Source: Histomonas meleagridis 2922-C6/04-290x (Eukaryota > Protista > Parabasalia). Taken from it: DNA of 64,000 nucleotides. Of this stretch, positions 1 through 9,684 are shown piece after piece; positions within the stretch are counted from its first letter, which is position 1, and each line of letters opens with the position of its first letter. Position numbers and translations under genes: made by a program. The notes beneath the pieces were generated by a model. It searched no databases and was not told where the DNA came from. It worked only from the letters and a program-made list of their open reading frames with translations. The DNA lies in contig JAANOX010000214.1 of NCBI GenBank assembly GCA_020184695.1, forward strand, positions 1 to 64,000, read 5' to 3'.

Positions 1-40
1 AGCATTGAGGTCTTAAGCACGAAGAATATTTTTAGAAGTA

Positions 41-100
41 AACCTAACAACCTAACCTAACTTAACTTAACCTAACAAAAAACATTCGAGAAAGCCTTTT
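41..100 (+). repeat. Island intergenic motif copy (AACCTAAC..TAACTTAAC..AAAA..TCGAGAAAGC)
   Basis: Also at 1694-1751(-), 6600-6657(+), 8741-8784(+) and 9617-9672(-); not noticed outside the island. Confidence 0.8.
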
Positions 101-357
101 ATGAAATTCAGCATTTTGCATAGTATGTGATTTTCTTCTTGTTTCTAACGGTTGATCTTTTATTAAAGTGTTCTTTAACGACTTTCAATAATGAAAAGCT
201 TCTTGTTGTTAAATCTGTTCCGAAGTAATTATTATACATATCACACAATTCACCAATCTCTAATTCTCCGTCAGGAACTGAAGCAAGAAATGAATCAAAA
301 CTTAATTCAATACTCTGAACTTTTTGTTTTTACTTATTGTTTCTCTTCTGTATTAAT

Positions 358-1476
358 TCATAAATTCTCCATTAACGTTTGAATATAATCGGAAAATCTA
401 CTTTCTAATACTTCCGGTAAGTCTCTAATTAAAATTTGATTTATATCTCTTACGATTGACTGAGCATAAACTTTTATTGCAGTTGAATTTTCAAATGTTA
501 TTGAACTTTTAGCTATTGAACCGATGGAGTTTTTCATAAAATTATAAATGGTCATAAAATGATCAGAAATAAATTTTTCAAATGATTTCTTTAAATATTG
601 TTCAATTGTTAAATACTCTTCTGTTTCATTAAATTGTATTTTTGCGATTAGAAATTGTAATCTATTAATTAAAGTTTGATTGTGTTCGGTAAACGCTTTA
701 ATTACTTTTTGTGATGACTTAGTGTCAAATACATTTCGTATAGTTTTTTCGTATTTGTTTCGGCTGATTTCATCAAAAGCATTTTTATACATGTCATAGT
801 ATTCATCCAACAATTCCGTATAATTCTTATTGACAAATTCATGAACAAATTCATTAAGATTTCTTATAACATCTTTGTTTGAATGAGGAATCGACAAAAA
901 CTCAATCAATCTTTTTCTTTCTTCTTCTTGCTCTCTCTGTAAACATTTTTCTTTCCATTCAACTAATGTAAATTTTTGTTGGTGAGCTAATCGATCGTAA
1001 ACTACTATTTGCTCTTGGAGTTCTTGTTCCATTTCTTTGTATATGTGATTCTCACGATAATATTTATTTATTAATCTATCTTCAATTATTTCGGGAAGGT
1101 TCTTTTGCATGTTCTTTAAATTTTCAATATCTTCTAAATCATCTTTATCTAATTCATATTTTCCGATAATAGCGTCGTATTGTTTTAATTTCTTTTCGAT
1201 TTTATGATCTAAAGTATCGTATTGTTCATCAAAGTTTTCATTAACGTAAGTTTCAATTGCTTCTTTGTCGAATAGTTTTAATTTCTCTTCACTGTGTTTA
1301 ATGACGCTTTCGAAATGCTCTATGTTCCATAAAAGAGAATTATAATAATTTGATTGTGGTTTGAAAACCTCAATCGGACAATCATTAATAGTACATTTCA
1401 TTAAACTTTTGCCGTAAACGTAAACGTAATTTTCAAGAGTTGTTGTTGCAGTAAGTGGAACTAACTTATCACACAT
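358..1476 (-). CDS. Intact 372 aa acidic coiled-coil protein of the viral island, function unknown
   Basis: Uninterrupted ORF; a decayed paralogue lies at 6867-7524 on the opposite strand with many synonymous differences. Confidence 0.75.
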   Translation of the reverse strand: MCDKLVPLTATTTLENYVYVYGKSLMKCTINDCPIEVFKPQSNYYNSLLWNIEHFESVIKHSEEKLKLFDKEAIETYVNENFDEQYDTLDHKIEKKLKQYDAIIGKYELDKDDLEDIENLKNMQKNLPEIIEDRLINKYYRENHIYKEMEQELQEQIVVYDRLAHQQKFTLVEWKEKCLQREQEEERKRLIEFLSIPHSNKDVIRNLNEFVHEFVNKNYTELLDEYYDMYKNAFDEISRNKYEKTIRNVFDTKSSQKVIKAFTEHNQTLINRLQFLIAKIQFNETEEYLTIEQYLKKSFEKFISDHFMTIYNFMKNSIGSIAKSSITFENSTAIKVYAQSIVRDINQILIRDLPEVLESRFSDYIQTLMENL

Positions 1477-2008
1477 TTATATACAAATAAAAATTAAATT
1501 TACTAACTTTATTTTTTCTGAGCAGACAAGCGTTTTCTGAACTACAACATCAAGAAACAGCACTAAATACAACATTCAACATAAAAATAAGCCTTTTCCG
1601 TCAATTAATCATCATCAGCAGCAGTAAACATGTAAAATTCACGTCATATCATCAAGTTAGAGCCTCAACCTCAAAAATATATGGACTTTTACGAAAAGGC
1701 TTTCTCGAATTTTTAATGGTAGGTTAAGTTAAGTTAGGTTAGGTTGGTAGGTAGTAGTATTAAATTTTAACAACAAAACACTAAAATCCACATAGGATTA
1801 ACAACAACTCAGCCGGATTAATGCCTCACACATTTTAAATATAAATGTCATCATGAATTTAAATATATTTTATTACTTTCAATCAAAACCAACCGATTTA
1901 TGATAATTCAATCGATTTTAGCCGTTCATCCTTTAGTTTATGTAGCGCGAGTGGGAGCGAGTGCGTAGCACGAAGCTCACATAGCGCTGTGTGTGTGTGT
2001 GTGCTATA

Positions 2009-2405
2009 ATGGATGCTCCACAACAATTCAAATGTAATACTCAAACAACAGATAAAATAAAAATTAAACTTGCTAAATATTATGATTAAGATGGATGTTT
2101 TTAATGCATTACAATATAAGTATATTGATGTTCCTTAATTATAACCAATTCATGTTTGTCAAATCAGAAATTTTACACAATCACTTAAAAATGATGATAC
2201 TGCTGCTACTATAGAGTTAAAACATTGTGATTTATTTACAGTATTTAGAATAAATCAATATAATAGAACTTGTTTTATTAATCCACAAATCGATTATAGT
2301 TTTAATATTAATGGTCATATATACCCAAGAGAAGTATATAAAACAATTGATGATGCTTGCAATCTAAACATGTTGTTATATGCATTGAATCTTGAGTTGG
2401 GAATC
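2009..2405 (+). pseudogene. C-terminal fragment of candidate major capsid gene (copy 1)
   Basis: Manual translation MDAPQQFKCNTQTTDKIKIKLAKY..MDVFNALQYKYIDVP..PIHVCQIRNFTQ..IELKHCDLFTVFRINQYNRTCFINPQIDYSFNINGHIYPREVY aligns with the 8287-8537 frame; contains stops and a frameshift. Confidence 0.6.
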
Positions 2406-2519
2406 GATGAAAATCGAATAAACGGTTTGCTTTTATCGATAAAAATCGATGAATAACGGTATTATCTGTAAATGGCTTAAATGATACAGTGGTTTTGTCA
2501 TAAAAGTCATTATTTAACT

Positions 2520-4021
2520 AAATAAATCTACGAGGTGATCTTTAACATCTTCAAATGAAAATTGACTGGAGTCATTAGTATTAGCAGCTGACTTATATAT
2601 ATAAAACATTTTTAATGTATTATTTCTATTAAAATCATATAATTATGTATAATTTGTATTATATGAATTGAATTGATTACACATTTCTGTTAATATTTCA
2701 CGTAATGGATCATTTGTTTGAATATATAGGGTGTCCGGTAGAGGTGTTAGCATCTCAACATAGAAAAAGAATAAATGAAAACAAATAATATCATTTTGTT
2801 CTATAGTGAATGTATTCACCTTTGATATCGATAACTCTTCGAAATCTCTCTTTCCAGTTATGAAAAGCTCGGTATAATTCATCTTTTGTAATGTCATTAA
2901 AAATTCGATGAACCTGATGTATTAACTCTTCAGGAATTTCAAATGAATAACCCTTGAGCTTTTCTTTGACATTATCCATTAGATAAAATTCTGATGGTGC
3001 TACGTCAGGTGAATATGGTAGATGTGGAGCTCTTTTCGTCTGGTTCGAGTCAATAAGATTTGTGGTGATGCGAGCAGTATGCGGTTTTGCATTGTCAACG
3101 TGCAAAATTAATCAACAAGAGCAAAACCATTTGGATTAAAATATATTGACAACATTAATTTCTAATAAAAAATTTACTTTAATACAATTTCTTATGAGTT
3201 ATCTTCTATTTGTACCCATTTTTTCTAATAATCATAGTTTAAATAGGACCATGATTCATCCACTGTAACAAAATGCCTCCAGGAATCTTTTTTTGCAGTG
3301 CTAATGACTTTTGATAGTTTAGTACATAATCGAACCCGCATTTTTTTTGCTCTGGTGTAAGAGAGTTGGGTACCCAATGAAGGTGTCTGGAAACAAATTC
3401 AATTTTGATTAGGTGATCGTAAACAGTTGACCTTGAGATATTTGTCTCCTTCATATCATTATAAATTTTAACAGCTGTCCATCCTTTAAGGCTGTTGTGA
3501 TATTTTGCGACAATATCTCGATCAATCATTTTTTGTGTTTAAAATGTGACAAAAATTGAATTCTCAATTTTTTTTTGAAGAAAAATTCGAGATTTCCCAA
3601 ATCGTCTGATATATTTAATAAATATTATATATATATATTTATATTGTATGGAAGATGCTCTATTATAATATAATAATTTTAATTAAATTAATTGCTTATA
3701 TATAGAGATGCTGACATTTCTACCGGATATCCTATATAAAGTAATTTTACGTGGGTCGAATTTAGTTGACTGTGGATTTCCTTTCCCACCTATTTTTTAC
3801 ATAATAGTATGGCTAGTAGGTGTAATTTTTAAACGTCTTAAACTTGTAACTTTATTCTGACAAGGTATTTCTATCCAAAATGGGAATCGAAAAGTATATC
3901 CCTTATATATATCCAATTTATCAATATTATTATCATTTTCTTGTATATCGTGGTTAGTGTAGATTTCTTCAATTGGCAATTGTGATACTCTACTACTCAT
4001 TTGACGTTCATTTTTATACAT
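2520..4021 (-). pseudogene. Island gene of unknown function split by the mariner insertion
   Basis: Removing 2727-3734 plus one TA joins ..KFDPRKITL to YIQTNDPLREILTEMCNQ.. in frame; further stops on both sides. Confidence 0.6.
2727..3734 (-). mobile_element. Tc1/mariner element, internally deleted, transposase pseudogene
   Basis: 30 bp TIRs TAGGGTGTCCGGTAGAGGTGTTAGCATCTC (2727-2756) and 3705-3734, 25/30 identical, flanked by TA. Transposase motifs HWVPNSL, VTVDESW, DNAKPH and PYSPDVAPSEF lie in broken frames. Confidence 0.92.
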
Positions 4022-4576
4022 TATTTATTTATAATGAAATATGATAAATAATAGAATTGATAGAATTGAAAATGTTATATAATCTTCATCAAATAAAAAT
4101 TCTGTAATATATTTCAATCATAGTAAGACTTCAGATACTCTTTTTAATGAAATATGTTCATTAACGATAAATAGTATAGATAAGTCATTTATATTCACAT
4201 GATTTCGGCAAAAATCGAATCCCGATTTTAAATATTTTTCACTTATGTATACATAGGATCCTTTACACTCAAGTATAATATAGTGAGCTGTTCACTTTTT
4301 ATATTAGCTCATACACTTTTTGAATGCTGATGCCACTTTTTGAAAAGCGACATTTTCAATTCAAAATTTTTAATGAGGTCTCGCAACTACAAATTTCAAT
4401 TAAAAGTTTGTCCCAAATTCCTCACCAAAAAAAACTTATATAACTTAAAAATGTCATTAAATTTCTATAAAAATCTTACTTAATAATCTTAATAATTTCA
4501 AATGAAAGAAAGTGCATTAAAAATAAAATAATTTTTAATATTAATCCTTTTATAAATTAAATATGGCCACAATTAT

Positions 4577-5704
4577 CTAATTTGTAAAATTCTTGCTTGG
4601 TTTTTTCTTTTTATCATTTATACTACATGAAATATATGAATCCATTGGCAATTTAAGAACAGGGGCTAAATCATTATAAAACATATCTGCAATAGTTAGA
4701 CAATATTTATGATGCATATAATATTGGTGCACTATTTTCGGGAAATAAGATTTATTATAGTACAAATACGGATATTTTAATTTTGGTTTTGGCATATATC
4801 GAATGGTAATGAATTTCGTTTGATAGCAGAATTCAATTGTGACTTTTCTGAATAAATATCTTTGATAATAAAGTAGATAATTAATATAAATCTGATCAAA
4901 TATACCGAAATCTTGTGAGAAACCTGCTTTTGTTTTTTCTACCAAAGCTATATACTGTTCTAAAAACTCAATCATTGAAGTATAATCGCCCCAAATAATG
5001 CCAGCATTTATTACAGGCTTTTTCGCTACTTCTGGTGGAATTTCTGTTATGACTTTTAATCGTTTATAAGTCCATTGATTTTTCTCAATTGAATACACAT
5101 GTGTAGAAAGATATATTCCATCAAAAGGTTCACTGAACGGATCTGCTTGATAAACACTATCAAAAATATCAATATATATTACCTGTTTTAGAAAATCACA
5201 GAGTTTTAATATATAATAATAATAAATATATCTGATTTCACAAATTTTTGCAAAATTAAATTTGGGGTTAATTATGCCAATATCATCAAAATATATGTTA
5301 CATAATGAAAGATTGCGTATAAGTTCTTGTGGAATAGTTTCTAGAAGTTTTTTATCTACTTGAATGATATAGGAAGAGTAATTATTAAAATATCTAAAGC
5401 TCTGAATGGCGGGAAAGAAACTGTAATATTTAAACATCATTGTAGAAAAAACGCATGAATTTGTGATGGATTGATTGACTAAATGATATTCTCGTGTACC
5501 AATGTAACATTTTCCAGAATGCCATTTTTTATATTTTGCTAACTTGGTTAAAGAAGATGTGAAATCGATTTGATTAAGCCTATTATAGGGGTAGAATATA
5601 TTGTACATCAGCAGTCCTACCACAAATATTATATTAAATTGGATTACGCGGCTAAGAATTGGTTTATAAGCCATGAAGTATTTGTCGAGCTTTTTCATAA
5701 GCAA
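4577..5704 (-). CDS. Type II membrane protein, putative GT-A-like glycosyltransferase
   Basis: N-terminal hydrophobic anchor (IQFNIIFVVGLLMYNIF), IYIDIFDSVYQADPF (DxxD..Q.DPF), INAGIIWG and DQIYINYL motifs; intact 375 aa. Confidence 0.6.
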   Translation of the reverse strand: MLMKKLDKYFMAYKPILSRVIQFNIIFVVGLLMYNIFYPYNRLNQIDFTSSLTKLAKYKKWHSGKCYIGTREYHLVNQSITNSCVFSTMMFKYYSFFPAIQSFRYFNNYSSYIIQVDKKLLETIPQELIRNLSLCNIYFDDIGIINPKFNFAKICEIRYIYYYYILKLCDFLKQVIYIDIFDSVYQADPFSEPFDGIYLSTHVYSIEKNQWTYKRLKVITEIPPEVAKKPVINAGIIWGDYTSMIEFLEQYIALVEKTKAGFSQDFGIFDQIYINYLLYYQRYLFRKVTIEFCYQTKFITIRYMPKPKLKYPYLYYNKSYFPKIVHQYYMHHKYCLTIADMFYNDLAPVLKLPMDSYISCSINDKKKKPSKNFTN

Positions 5705-6866
5705 CCGTTTGTTTCAATACATCAAAATTAACGTCTTTTTACAATTACCATTAAACATATGAATGTAAATATATTGAATTTAATTAATTAACTAGATTCA
5801 CATCATATGTATCGTTATATACTCAGAATTAATCAGTTAATATATATTAGTGATATCAGTCGATTTTAATAAATAAAAATCGTTTAATAAAATCGTGTGT
5901 GTATTGAAACCATTTCCATTAATGCAACTTTCTAATTGATATGGAAAACAGCATTATTTATTGAAAATTTTCGAATCGAATAAAATGACTTTAATCAAAA
6001 GACCTCCCTGATTATTCATGATGTTAATGACACACAAACAGCACAACTATTGGGTCCTTAAGGGTTGACGCCCCAGGCCCCTTCTTTGTAAACTGTTAAA
6101 AGCCATTATGTTAAAATAAATGATTAATATATGATAAATATACTGATGCTAATTTTTTCCAATTCTACAGGGATAATGAAAACACAACCCAACCCAATTA
6201 ATGAAGTCGAATTCAATACTTTATATCAAAAATGAGATAATCTTAGTTCACTTTTCTTCATTGAAATTTTATTGTTTGAATAAATTCACTTTTTATTTTA
6301 ATTTTTGTATCAACCGTAATAACCTAATAGCGGTTTTACCTGTATCGGAAATGATATTCTGAATATAACTCTTACGTGTAACGACATGAACTAATTGAGT
6401 GATTTTTAATCGTATTATCATTCAAATTTAAATACAGTGAGTGATAAAATATATTCAAATTCATGATATTAATTATTCTTAATGTGCGCTTATCGTGAAT
6501 TCGGATGGAGTGCTTTAGATAATCCTCTGTGGATTTTAGTGTATTGATGTAAATTATCTGTGGATTTTAGTGTTTGGAGCTTAAGATATTTCTTTGCAGC
6601 CTACCAACCTTTTCTAACTTGACTTAACCTATCATTAAAAATTCGAGAAAGCCTTTTCGTAAAAGTATATATATTTTTGAGGTTGAATTCTAACTTGATG
6701 ACTTAACGTAAATTTTGCATGTTAACGGGAGTTGCTGACTATAAGCTGATGGACAAGGCTTGTTTCTATGTTGAATGTTGTATTTACTGCTGTTTCTTCA
6801 TGTTGTGATTCAGGAAAGGCTTGTTTGCTCAGAAAAAATAAAGGTAGTTTTTTTATTTGTATATAA

Positions 6867-7524
6867 ATGTGTGATAAGTTAGTTCCACTTACTGCAACAA
6901 CAACTCTTGAAAATTACGTTTACAGTTACGGTGAAAGTTTAATGAAATGTACCGTTAATGATTGTCCTATTGAAGTTTTTAAACCGCAATCAAATTATTA
7001 TAATTTTCTATTATGGGATATAGAGCATTTTGAAGATGTCATTAAACACAGTGAAGAGAAATTAGAACTTTTCGACAAAAGAACAATTGATATTTACGTT
7101 AATGAAAATTTTGATGGATAGTACGATACTTTAGACCACAGAATGAAAAGAAATTAAAACAATACGAATAGCTATTATCGGAAATTATAAATTAGTTAAA
7201 GTTGATTTGGAAGATATCGAATGAATCTTATTGAAATCATTAAGGGTAGATTAATAAATAAATATCATCGGAAAATCACATTTATAAAGAAATGGAACAA
7301 GAACTTCAAGAACAAATTGTCGTTTACGATCGCTTAGTTCACGAACAAAAATCCACATTGGCTGGATAAAAAGAAAAATGTTTGCAGAAAGAACAGGAAG
7401 AAGAGAGAAAAAGATTAATTGAGTTTTTGATATTTCATCATTCAAACAGAGATGTTATAAGGAATTTAAATAAATTTGTTAAAGAATGTGTCAATAAGAA
7501 TCATACGGAATTGTTAAACGAAAT
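6867..7524 (+). pseudogene. Decayed paralogue of the 358-1476 gene, truncated and fused to the capsid-like frame
   Basis: Identical N-terminus MCDKLVPLTATTTLENYVY; TAG at 7119, frameshifts and a ~20 nt deletion; homology stops abruptly at about 7524. Confidence 0.9.
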
Positions 7525-8537
7525 CTGCAGGATTGGTATAATGAAGATGATGAAGCGGTAAAAGGTTCTGAGATTATTCCTGGAAATTATGAGTACACGA
7601 CTGCTACTTCTTACGGCAATGTTGGAGATATAAACGTAGGAAATACTACATACGTTGACATCCTCACAGATAGATATAAAATTATTGGTTTAGATAATTT
7701 TTATATTACTTTATAACAAGAAGTACCAATTACCGTTCCGTCACAATCAAATTTTTCGTATAAAAAATATTATGTCGGATATGAATGTTCATGCGATGGT
7801 ATAGATCAATACAGAATCCATTCAAACATAGATAAAATTCAAGACGTTTATAACGCAAGGTATGAATGGTTCATGCTTTTTAATTCATTATCTGACGAAG
7901 CTAAAGCATATAATGATTGTTTCGCAACTATCGATAAAATAAGAGCTCACAATTCAATGGTTCCAGGAGTTCATTGTGATTTCAGCGCTATCACCTCAGC
8001 AAAAGAAGTTATAGTTAAGATTCAGTTAAGAATTCCAATAAGTTATTTTATGATGTTATTTAATATGCGATATTATCCAAACTGGAGCGGTAAGCTTTCA
8101 ATCTAACTAATACCCACATAACAAAATCTTGTTATTGCGCCTGTATGCGACCATGAATCGTTAGTTGCTGCAAAAGCCGTAGTTGAAGAAGATTATTTAT
8201 GCGACCTTGGATTTAGAAATGTTAATGAATCAGTAAAGAGCAACATTAAAGCAACAACAGGAAGCGGAACAACAACTTACGCAACAATGGATGCATCACA
8301 AAAATTCATTTGCAACAGTCAAGTTATAAAAGAAGTAAAAATTAAGCTTGCAACATATCTTTTAAAAATGGATGTGTTTAATCTTCTGCTGCGAAATATA
8401 TTCAAGTTCCGATGCTATTTCCAATTCACGTTTGTCAAGTAAGAGATTTCACACAACCACTCGGCAGTAATTCAACAACAGCCTCAACATCATTTAATAC
8501 TGCTGCAACAATAAGACTTGAACATTGTGATACTTGA
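7522..8537 (+). pseudogene. Candidate major capsid protein gene (copy 2) of a trichomonad Maverick/Polinton-like virus
   Basis: One frame runs 7522-8400 with three TAA stops (7714, 8104, 8119), then a frameshift: DWYNEDDEAVKGSEIIPGNYEYTTATSYGNVGDINVGNTTYVDI..YYVGYECSCDGIDQYRIHSN..VKIQLRIPISYFMMLFNMRYYPNWSGKLSI*LIPT*QNLVIAPV. It is beta-rich and resembles, from memory, the repeated trichomonad Maverick structural gene. Capsid identity is an inference. Confidence 0.55.
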
Positions 8538-8954
8538 ATACTGACACGAAATTTTGTTTCCCCGCGGGGTGTTGTATAAGCAGTTTATATTATTATGTAT
8601 CAAAAATTTATGTCAAGGATAGCGGCGATACTTCCAATTTAATGTATTCTTACTCTGACGTCTGTGAGTTCTTATATGAATAAAAAATATCTACAGAATT
8701 TGTTAAGAGTTCAGAAAATATATATTATAAATATATGCTATCTAACAAACTCAACATAACTTGACAAAAATAAATCGAGAAAGCGCTTCATTTATCAAAT
8801 TCTGGATGATATTTTTTGATAAAATAACTCCACGAATCAACTATTTACTTTACTTTTTCAGAACTATTTATAATTTTTTTGTATTCTTAAATATTTCACT
8901 CGCTAAATCTTCTTGCTCTCATTGATTCAATATTTTGCCTGAGTCTCTATAATC

Positions 8955-9440
8955 TTAATATGGTTTATTCACAAACTTTCTGTCGATTGTTGTCGCTATT
9001 GATTTTGCGAATTCAACAAATACAGGTTTAGCATTTTCAACTGTATCAGGTAATTGTTTTTCATTTAATACTTCGTAAGCTTTGTCATTAATGATATCCA
9101 TTATTATTCCAACATAAATTGCATATCTTGGCGATACCCAAAAGCTAATATAATTTATTATACGCTGGTCCACGTACGTTCCTTGAACCTTTGCGATATA
9201 TTTTTTCGATAGATATAGTGGGTCGCCCGTTTCGGGGCTACCATAATATTCTTTGCAAAATTCTTCATAATATGCCTGCCACGAGTGATACTCAAAAATC
9301 TTTTCAAATCTTCTGTTAAATTGATTACACATTATTGTGGCGTTAATAAATCCATCTTTCTTAATTGCTACTGCAATTCTATTATAAGTTTCAAGGATGT
9401 AATTTTCACCGTTGCAAAAAATTTTTAACTGTTCAACCAT
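8955..9440 (-). CDS. KilA-N domain protein (probably C-terminally truncated)
   Basis: DGFINATIMCNQFNRRF..GTYVDQRIINYISFWVSPRYAI is a typical KilA-N/APSES signature; coding-like sequence continues past the stop to about 8870. Confidence 0.9.
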   Translation of the reverse strand: MVEQLKIFCNGENYILETYNRIAVAIKKDGFINATIMCNQFNRRFEKIFEYHSWQAYYEEFCKEYYGSPETGDPLYLSKKYIAKVQGTYVDQRIINYISFWVSPRYAIYVGIIMDIINDKAYEVLNEKQLPDTVENAKPVFVEFAKSIATTIDRKFVNKPY

Positions 9441-9684
9441 GTTCTTATATTAAAAATAAAATATCAAATTTTATAAAAATAATGATATCTGTTTCTGAAA
9501 TTTGAGCCTGTGTCTTATGCTCGCCCTTTTCTGGGATAGCGAGCTCCTAAGCATTTTTCGGGTGATTTGACACAATCAAAAATGAAGGTTCGTTAGAAAC
9601 TGCTATTTCCGCAACAGCTTTTTCCGATTTTTTTGTTGAATTAAGTTAGATTTGATTAAGTTGGTAGGTTGCAAAAATATATTT

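Noticed and set aside
41-1751. Inverted motif pair flanking the 372 aa ORF as transposon TIRs
   Set aside because: Three more copies occur internally in the island, homology with the paralogous block runs beyond the motif, and there is no TSD or transposase.
1746-1760. GTAGTAGT as a Polinton AGTAGT terminus
   Set aside because: Not conserved in the paralogous block at 6.6 kb, and island homology continues on both sides.
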